Part shown: piece by piece, positions 45,904-54,993 of the stretch
Layout of the letters: each line of letters begins with the position of its first letter
How positions within the stretch are numbered: position 1 is the first letter of the stretch
DNA from: a virus
Lineage: Duplodnaviria; Caudoviricetes
Virus record (IMG/VR): IMGVR_UViG_3300027607_000106
Coordinates: 1 to 56,094 of that record
DNA: 56,094 nucleotides
Strand: one strand, 5' to 3'
Notes under the pieces: model-generated
What the model was told of the DNA's origin: nothing
What the model saw: only the letters and a program-made list of their open reading frames with translations
Database searches by the model: none
Translations under genes and position numbers: made by a program

Positions 45904-46310
45904 GTTCTAAAGTTCCTCAAACGCTGCTCGACGAGTGGCAAGCCGTTCAACGGGCAATCGCCGACTTTCGAGCGGTTGCGCACGGAGAGCAGATGCTTTG
46001 CCCGCACACACATGCGGTTCAGTTCAACCCTAAGCAGGGAAGGTTCGCCGGCCTTTCGGAAGGCTATTCGCGCCGGTGTTGCATTGCCTGCGGTCTGACC
46101 GACACCGCGGAAGAGAGATGGAATCCCGACTCGTTCGATGAAACGTCGCCGCTTTGCGGTGCAGAGATCGTCGAGACCTTCGATCAGGGGTATCGGTTCA
46201 ACCACTTCACGCTGCCGAGCATCACAACCTACGAACCCGGTCACACTGACGCGCGCTATGACGCGTTGATAAGCGGCGCCACGGTACTAGGTCCGGACGG
46301 CACGTCATGA
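45900..46310 (+). CDS. Hypothetical Cys/His protein
   Basis: CPH...CIACG; coupled. Confidence 0.55.
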   Translation: MSSKVPQTLLDEWQAVQRAIADFRAVAHGEQMLCPHTHAVQFNPKQGRFAGLSEGYSRRCCIACGLTDTAEERWNPDSFDETSPLCGAEIVETFDQGYRFNHFTLPSITTYEPGHTDARYDALISGATVLGPDGTS

Positions 46311-46558
46311 ACGCCCCGGTCCGAAACGAGACGCAGGCCTTCGCCGCGTTCCAGACCGCCGTGGCCGACTTCCAGCGCAATCCGACCATGGAGATGCGCG
46401 AGACCGTGCTGACCTGTCAGCGCGCCTATCTGGAAGCCGCGGGCGAGGCCCCGGAGGAAATCGAGAGGCTGGTCTCCAAGCAGCAGCGCAAGACGCTCGC
46501 GTTCATCGATAAGCACGGTACCCGGACGAACGGGCGGGATCGGAGGGCGGCGGGATGA
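46307..46558 (+). CDS. Hypothetical protein
   Basis: Coupled ORF. Confidence 0.6.
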   Translation: MNAPVRNETQAFAAFQTAVADFQRNPTMEMRETVLTCQRAYLEAAGEAPEEIERLVSKQQRKTLAFIDKHGTRTNGRDRRAAG

Positions 46559-47496
46559 GCGCGCCGGTCTGCCCGCACTGCGGAAACGCAGCGATCCTGA
46601 CCGACGGCAAGGAGGTACATCCGCACCGTTCCGACCTCTGGGCGAAGCGGTTTTGGGTTTGCCACCCGTGCGACGCCCGCGTCGGCTGCCATCCTGGCAC
46701 GACAACGGCCCTTGGGACGCCGGCGAATGCCGAACTCCGACAGGCCCGAATGAAGCTGCATAAGCAGATGGTCGATCCGCTTTGGAAGACCGCAGACCAG
46801 TGTGGCCTCTACCGGACCAACACCCGGAGGGAACGGCGTCGCGTCAAGCGCCTCGCCCGCACCCGCGTCTACGAGTTCCTGGCCGACCGCATGGGCCTGA
46901 CCACGGACGAAACGCATGTCGGCATGTTCGATCTCGAGCAATGCCGCGCCGCGTGGGTCGCGCTCAGAGGCGTGACCTATCCCGAAATTCGAGCATGGGC
47001 GAAAGCCCGCGAGGCGGAAGGAGAAGCCGCATGTACGACGTCTACGCATGGTGGCGGAGCGCCATCGATGGAAAGCCCGGTCCGATCCACGATGGAGATC
47101 CGCAATGCGGTTTCTACCGTCGACGGACACGCAAGAACGGACCATTCGTCGGCGTCGCGATCTATCCCGATCCGGCGACCGGCGAGATCGTGGGCGTATG
47201 CGACCGGGCGCTCGTCGATGGTGATGAGCTTGATCGCCTCTGGCTCTGGGTGGCGAAGAATCCGGTCACGGAAGATGCCTATCGGGATTGGGAGAAGAAC
47301 GGCATCTGGCCGGATGATCACCCCACGATCGAGCACCCCGAGCCCGGCCACAACCAACCGCCGGCCGACAACGAGATCGAGGCGCTTCGCGATCAGATCG
47401 CGAGTGCCAAAGCCGGCGCGGGCGAATTCGCTGAGATCAAAGACGACAAGACCGCAAGCAAGGCGCAGGCGTTCCGCGCGCGGCTCAATGAACTGA
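46555..47496 (+). CDS. Zinc-finger protein (DUF3268-like); recognisable part ends near 47034
   Basis: CPHCG...FWVCHPCDARVGCHPGT...LG..ANAELR..R and HVGMFD.EQC. Confidence 0.75.
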   Translation: MSAPVCPHCGNAAILTDGKEVHPHRSDLWAKRFWVCHPCDARVGCHPGTTTALGTPANAELRQARMKLHKQMVDPLWKTADQCGLYRTNTRRERRRVKRLARTRVYEFLADRMGLTTDETHVGMFDLEQCRAAWVALRGVTYPEIRAWAKAREAEGEAACTTSTHGGGAPSMESPVRSTMEIRNAVSTVDGHARTDHSSASRSIPIRRPARSWAYATGRSSMVMSLIASGSGWRRIRSRKMPIGIGRRTASGRMITPRSSTPSPATTNRRPTTRSRRFAIRSRVPKPARANSLRSKTTRPQARRRRSARGSMN

Positions 47497-47990
47497 GCAA
47501 GCAAGCCGACAAGAAGCGCGACGAGCTCAAGCGCCCGCACCTTGAGGCCGGCCGGGCGATCGACAAGGAATGGATGCCGCTCGTCAAGGATGCCAAGGCC
47601 GCCGCCGATCAGATCCGCAAGGCACTGAGCGCCCACGAGACCCGCAAGGCCCGCGCCGCCGAGGAAGCCCGGCGGAAGGCCGAGGAGGAGCAACGCAGGC
47701 GCGAAGCCGAAGCTGCGAAGGCCGCGGCGGCCGGCATGCCCGCTCCGGCACCTGAACCGACGCCGCAGCCCGAGCCCGCCCCGACGGCCCAGATCAAGGG
47801 CGCCTATGGCAAGGCAGCATCGGTCCGGGAAGTTCTCATCGCTGAAGTGGTCGATCAAGACGCAGCCTATCAGGCAATGCGGACGCATCCGGAATTGGTC
47901 GATCTGATCAGGAAGCTGGCTCAGCGCGCCGTGAACGCGGGACATGAAATCGCCGGCGTCAAGGTCGTCAAAGAAAGGCGCGTGGCATGA
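47031..47990 (+). CDS. Conserved recombination-module protein upstream of RecT
   Basis: GGAG RBS; PQCGFYR, K.PHLEAGRAID..W and a coiled coil. Confidence 0.7.
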   Translation: MYDVYAWWRSAIDGKPGPIHDGDPQCGFYRRRTRKNGPFVGVAIYPDPATGEIVGVCDRALVDGDELDRLWLWVAKNPVTEDAYRDWEKNGIWPDDHPTIEHPEPGHNQPPADNEIEALRDQIASAKAGAGEFAEIKDDKTASKAQAFRARLNELSKQADKKRDELKRPHLEAGRAIDKEWMPLVKDAKAAADQIRKALSAHETRKARAAEEARRKAEEEQRRREAEAAKAAAAGMPAPAPEPTPQPEPAPTAQIKGAYGKAASVREVLIAEVVDQDAAYQAMRTHPELVDLIRKLAQRAVNAGHEIAGVKVVKERRVA

Positions 47991-49162
47991 ACCAGGTCGC
48001 GACGATCGAGAAGCCGACGAGGCTCGAAGCCTTCAAGGAACAGGTGCTTCCGCCGGAGCGGGCCAAGGATCTGTATTCATCGCTGCCGACGCATGTCCGC
48101 CGCGAAGTGTTCGACCGCAATCTGGTCAACGCTCTAATGGCGAACCCAGACCTGATGCAATGCGATGCGCGCCTTGTGTTCCGCGAGGTCTCGAAGGTCG
48201 CAGCGCTCGGCCTGCTGCTCGATCCACAGTTGGGCGAGGCCTACCTGATCGCTGGTTGGAACGGTCGCCAGAAGCGGAAAGAGCCGCAATTGCGGGTCGG
48301 GTATCGGGGCCTGGTCAAGCTGGCCCGCCAGTCGGGCGAGATCAAGATGATCTACGCCCACGAGGTCCACAAGAACGACCAGTTCGAATGCACCTTGGGC
48401 GACAGCAAGAGCCTCATCCACAAGCCGGACCTGTTCGGCGAGCGCGGCCCGATCGTCGGCTACTACGCGGTCGTGAAGTACGACGACGGTGAAAGCGACT
48501 TCGAGCCGATGTCCGTTGAGCAGGTTCACGGCATCCGGGACCGCTCTGACGGCTGGAAGGCGTTCAAAGCGGGCAGGATCAAGTCGACCCCTTGGAGCAC
48601 CGACGAAGTGGAGATGGCCAAGAAGACGGTCATCCGGCGGCTGGCAAAGCGCATTCCACAATCGCCAGAGCTTGCCGAGGCCATCAAGATCGAAGATGCG
48701 GCCGAGCATAGCGAGATGCGCGCGATCGCGCCGCCCTCCCCGCCGTCTCCCCCGTCCCCGCCGCCGGCACCGTCCGCGCCGCTGATCGAGCACGACGACA
48801 ACGGCGAGCCGGATATGCCGGACCATCTCAAGCGCGACAAGAATTCCGCCGGTGCCGCCGCGCCGGCGGAGCAGGCGGCGGAGCCTGCCGAAGCATCATC
48901 CTCGGGCGGGAATGGTGTGCCCGAGGGCTCCGCCGCCGATCCGTCGCAGCCGCAGGACGACGAGCTCGATCCGATCAATCCGGAGAAGTTCTACGACGAT
49001 GCCGAAGCCGAGTACGCGGCGGCGACCACACGCGACGACGTGAACGAGGTCTGGGCCCGCACCGTTGAACCGGCGATCGAGGACGAGTTGATCTACTTCC
49101 CGCACGACAAAGACCGGCTGGACAAGCAGTACAAACGCCATCTTGAGAGGGTCGGCCAATGA
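47987..49162 (+). CDS. recT: RecT-family single-strand annealing protein
   Basis: LGLLLDPQLGEAYLI, VGYRGLVKLARQSG and PW.TD..EMAKKTVIRRLAK motifs. Confidence 0.93.
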   Translation: MNQVATIEKPTRLEAFKEQVLPPERAKDLYSSLPTHVRREVFDRNLVNALMANPDLMQCDARLVFREVSKVAALGLLLDPQLGEAYLIAGWNGRQKRKEPQLRVGYRGLVKLARQSGEIKMIYAHEVHKNDQFECTLGDSKSLIHKPDLFGERGPIVGYYAVVKYDDGESDFEPMSVEQVHGIRDRSDGWKAFKAGRIKSTPWSTDEVEMAKKTVIRRLAKRIPQSPELAEAIKIEDAAEHSEMRAIAPPSPPSPPSPPPAPSAPLIEHDDNGEPDMPDHLKRDKNSAGAAAPAEQAAEPAEASSSGGNGVPEGSAADPSQPQDDELDPINPEKFYDDAEAEYAAATTRDDVNEVWARTVEPAIEDELIYFPHDKDRLDKQYKRHLERVGQ

Positions 49163-49635
49163 CCAAGGCAGCCTTCATCAAGCAGAACGGCGCGCTGGCT
49201 CCCTGCGACGACGACGGCCGCGAACTCCTTGCCGCTTTGAAAGACGACAAGGAGGTCATGGTGGAATTCCATGCGCCCCGGAACATCCGACACCATCGGA
49301 AGCTTATGCTTTTGCTGCAGCGGATCGTCGACGGTGGCGCCTGGGATGGCGATACCGACAGCCTGCTCAAATGGCTGAAGTTCGCGACCGGGCTCGTCGA
49401 TGTCGTGGTCAGCCCGAAGGGTCGCGCGTTCTCCTACCCGCAATCGATCAAGTTCGAGAGCATGCCGCAGGACAAGTTCGCCCGATGGTATGACCGGGCC
49501 ATCTACGTCATCTCGACCGAGTTGCTCGGGGGCGAAGAATGTCAGGCTCTCCGGGCGGAGATCGACCGGATCATCGACGGCGACATTGCCGACCGGCTTC
49601 GCGAGCACGACGAGCGTTTCGGGAGGGCGGCATGA
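49159..49635 (+). CDS. DUF1367-like (NinB/Orf-related) protein
   Basis: PRNIRHHRK and PQSIKFESM.QDKF..WY motifs. Confidence 0.75.
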   Translation: MTKAAFIKQNGALAPCDDDGRELLAALKDDKEVMVEFHAPRNIRHHRKLMLLLQRIVDGGAWDGDTDSLLKWLKFATGLVDVVVSPKGRAFSYPQSIKFESMPQDKFARWYDRAIYVISTELLGGEECQALRAEIDRIIDGDIADRLREHDERFGRAA

Positions 49636-50231
49636 AGGCTCTCACTGTCTGGCAGCCCTGGGCATCGCTGATCATGCTCGGCGCGAAGCAGTACGAGTTC
49701 CGGAAGTGGGATTTCCGGTCCCGAGAACCTGGCCTCGTCGGTGAGCGCATCGTCATTCATGCCGGCGCGCGCCCGGTCAAGATCGATGACCTCACGGACA
49801 TCTTGGAGCGGATCGCCGACGACGTTTCGGCGCTCGACGCGAAGATAGCTATCCCGGTCATCACACGACAGCTCAAGCTTCTTCGCAGGGAGAAAGCGCT
49901 TTTGAAGGCGTATCGCCGGCTCCATCGGCAATGGCGCACCCAAGCGGATCGCCGCCGGAAGCGCGGCCCGTTCGTCGGCGATAAACCGTTGCCGGAGCCC
50001 GAGAAGCCTGCATCCGGTCAGATCCTGCCGTTGGCTGCGGGGCTCGGAACGGCATTGATCGGGGAACCCGTCAAGGCAACCGAGATCTTCGACGATCCGA
50101 CCAATGACTCCTACCGCGCCGATCATTCGATCTGGGCTTGGCCGCTGACCGACATCGAACCGTTCGATGCGCCGATCCCGATGGGTGGCGCGCAGGGATT
50201 CTGGACATGGACGGAGGGAATTGCGGCATGA
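49632..50231 (+). CDS. ASCH domain protein
   Basis: MKALTVWQPWASLI..G.K..E.R.W, IHAG and PIPMGGAQGFW motifs. Confidence 0.85.
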   Translation: MKALTVWQPWASLIMLGAKQYEFRKWDFRSREPGLVGERIVIHAGARPVKIDDLTDILERIADDVSALDAKIAIPVITRQLKLLRREKALLKAYRRLHRQWRTQADRRRKRGPFVGDKPLPEPEKPASGQILPLAAGLGTALIGEPVKATEIFDDPTNDSYRADHSIWAWPLTDIEPFDAPIPMGGAQGFWTWTEGIAA

Positions 50232-50653
50232 CCAGCACCCGCGCCCTTCGCCAGCGCTACGCCGCAGAGATCCGCGAGCGGATCGGCACGCGCTCAGGCT
50301 GGAAATGCGAGGTTTGCAAGGTCGCCCACGGAGAGCTGATCATGCGCGGCACCGGGGACGATGCCGGCACGTTCATGTTGTCTGAAGGCGACGTGTTCGA
50401 TGCCGAGACGGGTGAGCGTCTGGGTCGGGCCCGGATGTCCGATTACTGCGGCGTCAAGGTCATCGAGGTCGTGCTAACGGTCGCGCATCTGAACCATGAC
50501 GAGACCGACAACCGTGACGAAAACCTGAAGCACCTTTGCCAGCTTCACCACAATCGTCAAGACGCCGAGCATCGCCGGCAGAATGCCGAGAAACGCCGAC
50601 GTACGCGCGGCGGGCAACTGGACATGGGTGACATGCTCGGGAGCGGCGTATGA
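50228..50653 (+). CDS. HNH-family protein
   Basis: CEVC...VLTVAHLNHDETDN...NL..LCQLHHNR.D. Confidence 0.8.
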   Translation: MTSTRALRQRYAAEIRERIGTRSGWKCEVCKVAHGELIMRGTGDDAGTFMLSEGDVFDAETGERLGRARMSDYCGVKVIEVVLTVAHLNHDETDNRDENLKHLCQLHHNRQDAEHRRQNAEKRRRTRGGQLDMGDMLGSGV

Positions 50654-51186
50654 CCGACGAATTCAAGCCCGGCCCCTGCCGATGGTGCGATAGTGAAGGC
50701 GATGTCTTCGTCGACAACGGGCTGTGCGAGGATTGCGACCGCGACGTGATCCGGTGCGAGATCTGTGGCGAAGAGCAGCACTATCAGGATAGCTGTCGGC
50801 ATGTTTTCACAGATGAGCATTTGGAATGGTGTGGTTCAGGCGTCGGCTATGCGACTGATGCCGTCAAGGCTGCCTTTCTGTTGCTGGTGTCGCGCATGCC
50901 GGGCGGCTTCGCCGATCATCTTCGCGTGGCGATCGAGGCACGGTCGTTCCACAGCTGGATGGTCGCGCCGCTGATCGGCGGCGGCGGCATCCTCACGCTG
51001 CACGGCATGCCGAACGACGTCGGTCGCAAGTACGGCGACGCGATGATTGCGCTTGGCGAGGGCGACGACGCCGAGGCGATGCACGACGGCTACATGTGGC
51101 TCGCCAGTCTCTATGACGATCAGACCGACGAGGCGTGCCGGCTGACGCTGATGTGGCTTGATGAACAACCGGCGGTGGCCGCATGA
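50650..51186 (+). CDS. Hypothetical Cys-rich protein
   Basis: Several CxxC motifs at the N-terminus. Confidence 0.6.
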   Translation: MTDEFKPGPCRWCDSEGDVFVDNGLCEDCDRDVIRCEICGEEQHYQDSCRHVFTDEHLEWCGSGVGYATDAVKAAFLLLVSRMPGGFADHLRVAIEARSFHSWMVAPLIGGGGILTLHGMPNDVGRKYGDAMIALGEGDDAEAMHDGYMWLASLYDDQTDEACRLTLMWLDEQPAVAA

Positions 51187-51566
51187 GCCGCATCCAGCCC
51201 CACCCCGAAGCCTTCACGCTCAGCCGGGTGAAGCGGCCGCGGATCAAGGACGATGGCTTTCGCGCCTTTGTGAAGCGCCTGCCCTCACTGATCACCGCAG
51301 CGCCGAACCCCGATGCCGCGCATATCCGGTAGTCCGCATTGCACCTCGGCAAGCGCGAGACAGGGATGGGCGAGAAGGCACACGACCGATGGATCGTGCC
51401 CCTGTCGCGATCGCTACACGACGAGCAACACAGGATGAATGAACGCACCTTCTGGGCCCGGTACGGCATAGACCCTCTGATCGTGTCCCTGGCGCTGTAC
51501 GGGGCCTATCGGGACGGCGACGAAGATATGGCCCGGCGCATCGTTCTGACCGGTGGGAGGGAATGA
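51183..51566 (+). pseudogene. DUF968-like HNH-type protein interrupted by in-frame TAG
   Basis: MSRIQ...DAAHIR-TAG(51330-51332)-SALHLGKRETGMGEK.HDRW.VPL...H.EQH...E..FW. Confidence 0.75.
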
Positions 51567-51943
51567 GGATGACAGAAATCCAGGAGTTCCGCCGCCCCCA
51601 CCCATTCACGCGCTGCGTGTCGGATTGGTGGGAAGACGGTGAGCTTGTCCAAAAGTATGTCCGCTGGCGTCCCGGCGCATGGGGTACCGAGATCATACCC
51701 CCAGACGACGCCCGTGCTTTCGCTCACGCCATGGGCGAGTGCGTCTTCACGGTGCAGGGAGAATACAAGCCGGGTCGGTATCCGACGCGGGTATTCTTCA
51801 CGCAACAATTCGTTGATCCGGACGGAAAGCCGCTCAAGGCCAGTGGCCTAAAGATCAAGACGAAGAGCGCCTTCAAAAGGCAGGTGGACGGTCTGCCGTT
51901 CGCATTTGAATTGGACCCGTTCGCGGACCCGATTGAAACCTAG
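51563..51943 (+). CDS. Hypothetical protein
   Basis: Coupled ORF with RBS. Confidence 0.65.
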   Translation: MRMTEIQEFRRPHPFTRCVSDWWEDGELVQKYVRWRPGAWGTEIIPPDDARAFAHAMGECVFTVQGEYKPGRYPTRVFFTQQFVDPDGKPLKASGLKIKTKSAFKRQVDGLPFAFELDPFADPIET

Positions 51944-51959
51944 AGAGACGCCTTCACCC

Positions 51960-52040
51960 ATGACCCGATACGCTCAGAGCACCGACGTCTCGTCCAGCAA
52001 GTCACGGATGGAGATCCGAGCAGGAAAGGCAAGCAGATGA
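51960..52040 (+). pseudogene. Truncated 5' remnant of a common phage gene
   Basis: MTRYAQSTDVSSSKSRMEI then stops after 26 codons. Confidence 0.45.
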
Positions 52041-52372
52041 GTAAGTGCGTGACTGCCGAAGAACGGCAAAGGCTGATTTCGGAGATCACCGAGGCGCCTT
52101 ACGACGCGGGCGATAGCTTTGACCAAGCGGCACTATTTCTGCTGACAGCAGTTGAAATCGGCACCGATACAGAAGCGCTCGCCAATTCCACTGGGCTGCC
52201 GATAAGCGTATGCGAAGAATGCGACAGACATGCGCATGTGAGCGGCATCTTTCTGAACGAAGAGATCTACGTTGGCGACTGGTTGGACCCTGAGACCGGC
52301 GCAATAGCATTCATGCTGGATGCCATGTGCGTTGCCGGGCTCATGGAGCGCACCAGCGAGGCAACCCAATGA
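52037..52372 (+). CDS. Hypothetical acidic protein
   Basis: AAGG RBS, coupled. Confidence 0.6.
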   Translation: MSKCVTAEERQRLISEITEAPYDAGDSFDQAALFLLTAVEIGTDTEALANSTGLPISVCEECDRHAHVSGIFLNEEIYVGDWLDPETGAIAFMLDAMCVAGLMERTSEATQ

Positions 52373-52623
52373 CTAACGGATGGATGCCGATAGAGACTGC
52401 GCCGAGAGATCGCGAGATAGACCTTTGGATGTCCGTCGGGGTTCGTATCGCAGATTGTCGCTGGGGACGGCCAAGCCACGCAAATTGGGGCGATCGGCAC
52501 GGAGCCGATCAGAATCTACCCGCTCAGTGGATTTCCCGTAGCGGCGCCGCGCTTGACCGCCGAAACGGTCTCCCAACGCACTGGCGCGAGAAACCCGAGC
52601 CCCCGGAGAGCGGAGATGAGTGA
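52369..52623 (+). CDS. DUF551-like protein
   Basis: W.PIETAPRD..IDLW and PTHWR..P.PP motifs. Confidence 0.75.
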   Translation: MTNGWMPIETAPRDREIDLWMSVGVRIADCRWGRPSHANWGDRHGADQNLPAQWISRSGAALDRRNGLPTHWREKPEPPESGDE

Positions 52624-52942
52624 GCTGCCCCCCTGCGCCTGGTGCGGCCATGACGGTGATGGACTTCAGTATGCAGTTCGCAACTGTGGAGCCGGACCTG
52701 TCAGCGTTGATTGCTTGAAATGCAGGGCCTCCGGCCCAGTCCGGGACTCCATGGCTGAAGCCGTGAAGGCATGGGGAGCCGGCCCACCGCACACATACCG
52801 CGCAGGTCTGGAAGCAGCAGCGCGGTGGCATGAAGAGCAGGCGCTGAACATCGACAGGCGCGAAGGGCCAAAGGTCATGCTCGACTTCCACCGCACCTGC
52901 GCCACCGCCATCCGCCAGCTACCCGCAAGGGGCGGACAATGA
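52616..52942 (+). CDS. Lar-family restriction alleviation-like protein
   Basis: ELPPCAWCG...V.CLKC.ASGP...AEAVKAW. Confidence 0.7.
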   Translation: MSELPPCAWCGHDGDGLQYAVRNCGAGPVSVDCLKCRASGPVRDSMAEAVKAWGAGPPHTYRAGLEAAARWHEEQALNIDRREGPKVMLDFHRTCATAIRQLPARGGQ

Positions 52943-53466
52943 GCCCCCGATCGAAACTGGAGGCGCGCCCACTTCATTTGAAGGAGGCGAATCGAGCCGT
53001 TGCGCTCTGGCACCGCCATTGTGACCCGGTGCGCTTTCATTTGTTCTCTATCGGAGCCTATGACGACGAGCACAACATGCGCGGGGCCATCATAGTCATG
53101 CGGCCAGTAAACCAACATCGCAGTTGGGGTGGGCTTATGGTCGAAGTATCCCGGCTTTCGACAGATGGTTGTCAGAATGCTTGTTCGTTTTTACTCTCCA
53201 GGGCTGCGCGCGCAGCCTTCGCGATGGGGTATGCATGCATGCAAACCTACACCCTTTTAGAGGAGCCCGGCACATCACTACGTGCCTCTGGGTGGATGGA
53301 AGATGGAATTACATCCGCGCGCGACTGGAATGGGTCTAGGCGTCGGCCGAGGGCTTTAGAGCCCAGTCAAAAGCGACGCTGGATATTGCCTCGACCCGAT
53401 GCATGGATGGCGGCGCAAAAGGCTGCCGCCATCCGCCAGCTACCCACGCCAGGAGAGAGCCAGTGA
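52939..53466 (+). CDS. XF1762-family protein (Mom/GNAT-related)
   Basis: L.EAN..V..WHRH, RPV, EVSRL.TDG..NACSFL and TYTL.EE.GTSLRASGW motifs. Confidence 0.8.
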   Translation: MSPRSKLEARPLHLKEANRAVALWHRHCDPVRFHLFSIGAYDDEHNMRGAIIVMRPVNQHRSWGGLMVEVSRLSTDGCQNACSFLLSRAARAAFAMGYACMQTYTLLEEPGTSLRASGWMEDGITSARDWNGSRRRPRALEPSQKRRWILPRPDAWMAAQKAAAIRQLPTPGESQ

Positions 53467-53822
53467 GCAGCGACGCAAGCTATCTGCTCGTCAAGCGCGG
53501 CCTCTACTATGCGCCACACAACAAGGGTTACACCGGCGTCAAGGAATTGGCTGGCCGTTATCTTGCAGTCGACGCAAGGCCCGACGCGGGCGTCACGGCC
53601 GTGCATGAGGACGATGCCCCCGAGTTCTCGCAAGCGTGCTGGCCTGAAGTCGCGCGCGACCACCTCGCCAAAAAGGTCAACCGCATTCGGTCATATCTCG
53701 AACTTCGGGATACCCGTCTGCTGTGCAGCGACGGGCCTGCGCGCGACACCCATGAAGGATGCGAGGCCGCGCTGCGAGATGTCTACCTGATGCTGATCGG
53801 TGAGGCCCCCACCCATGAATGA
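53463..53822 (+). CDS. Hypothetical protein
   Basis: YLLVKRGLYY.P...GYT...AGRY. Confidence 0.6.
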   Translation: MSSDASYLLVKRGLYYAPHNKGYTGVKELAGRYLAVDARPDAGVTAVHEDDAPEFSQACWPEVARDHLAKKVNRIRSYLELRDTRLLCSDGPARDTHEGCEAALRDVYLMLIGEAPTHE

Positions 53823-54135
53823 CAAGTTCGTCAGCCCCGAGAAGCCGCCGGAAGGACTTGAGCGGGAATTGCTCACAATCCTGATCGAAGAGTGCGCCGA
53901 GGTTCAGCAGCGTGCAACCAAGATGCTGCGGTTCGGTGTGAACGAAGCGCAACCGGGACAGCCATACACCAACGCCGAACGCCTATCGGTAGAGGTCGGC
54001 GACCTGTCCCATCTAGTTCGGCGCTGCATAGACGCGAGATTGCTGGACGGTGTGCTGGTGCTGCGCGCATCGGAGGCGAAGCGGGAAAAGCTCGATCGCT
54101 TCCTGCAGTCCGACACGGAGGCCAACCATGCATGA
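53815..54135 (+). CDS. MazG-like nucleotide pyrophosphohydrolase
   Basis: LIEECAEVQQ..TK.LRFG and EVGDL motifs. Confidence 0.7.
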   Translation: MNDKFVSPEKPPEGLERELLTILIEECAEVQQRATKMLRFGVNEAQPGQPYTNAERLSVEVGDLSHLVRRCIDARLLDGVLVLRASEAKREKLDRFLQSDTEANHA

Positions 54136-54373
54136 CAAGGCGATAGAGCCAACGCGGGCATCGGCCGGCTTTACCGCACGCGGCATTGATAACTTGGCCA
54201 AACCGGAGGCTGATGGGTTGCGATCGGATTTGACCGTGTTCGCGGCCTATTGGGGTTTGGACGCGTACACTCCGCCGCCCCAAATCACGAAAGCGGTGCG
54301 CGATATCGTCTCTGCATTCGTCGCCGACGCAAACGCGATCGCCAATTCTGACCGACCCAAGGACGGTGCGTGA
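54128..54373 (+). CDS. Hypothetical protein
   Basis: GGAGG RBS, coupled. Confidence 0.5.
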   Translation: MHDKAIEPTRASAGFTARGIDNLAKPEADGLRSDLTVFAAYWGLDAYTPPPQITKAVRDIVSAFVADANAIANSDRPKDGA

Positions 54374-54696
54374 TGGCTGCCAAGCCCGTCAGGATCCAGC
54401 GGAAGCGTACGAAGGGATGGTCGGGCCTGTCCGAGACAGGCAACGACCTGCCGATCACATACGTCAACCGGCCGTTGCTCTGGGGCAACCCCTTCTCGTT
54501 CCCGCGCTGCAACCTGAAGGCCCAGGCGCGGGCCGTGCGCTGCTACGAGACCGCATTGCAGGGCGGGCGACTGCCCTACTCCGTTGAGGACGTGAAAAGC
54601 CAGTTGCGGGGGCACAACATCGGCTGCTTCTGCAAGGTCGGAGAACCGTGCCACGGCGACGTTCTGCTGCGGATAGCGAACGAGGATGACGTGTGA
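54370..54696 (+). CDS. DUF4326-family protein
   Basis: P.RIQRKRTKGW, YV.RP..WGNPF and LRG.N.GCFC...PCHGDVLL..AN motifs. Confidence 0.85.
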   Translation: MMAAKPVRIQRKRTKGWSGLSETGNDLPITYVNRPLLWGNPFSFPRCNLKAQARAVRCYETALQGGRLPYSVEDVKSQLRGHNIGCFCKVGEPCHGDVLLRIANEDDV

Positions 54697-54733
54697 TGGC
54701 CAACGTCGACCAGATCCAGAGCGAGGCAGCGTG

Positions 54734-54991
54734 ATGGCTGCCGAGGTTCTCCGACTCCCCGACGTGCCGGCAAGGCGCGATGGACCGCGCCGCGGCCTTC
54801 GTCGAGATGACGCGGCGCGCTACATCGGGGTCGGAGCAACGAAGTTCGATAGCATGGTCAAAGATGGACGGATGCCTCCGCCGCGAGAGATTGACGGATG
54901 CCGGATTTGGGACATTCGCGAATTGGATATCGCCTTTGACGACTTGCCTTCGCGCGCTGCACCGGTTCACAATCCATGGGATGATGAATAG
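54734..54991 (+). CDS. Excisionase / AlpA-like HTH protein
   Basis: GLRRDDAARYIGVG.TKFD.MV.DGRMP.P...WD..ELD.AFD; just before the integrase. Confidence 0.85.
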   Translation: MAAEVLRLPDVPARRDGPRRGLRRDDAARYIGVGATKFDSMVKDGRMPPPREIDGCRIWDIRELDIAFDDLPSRAAPVHNPWDDE

Positions 54992-54993
54992 CG

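Noticed and set aside
51330-51332. Genome-wide amber recoding
   Set aside because: Only one internal TAG was found, TAG terminates other genes, and no suppressor tRNA is present.
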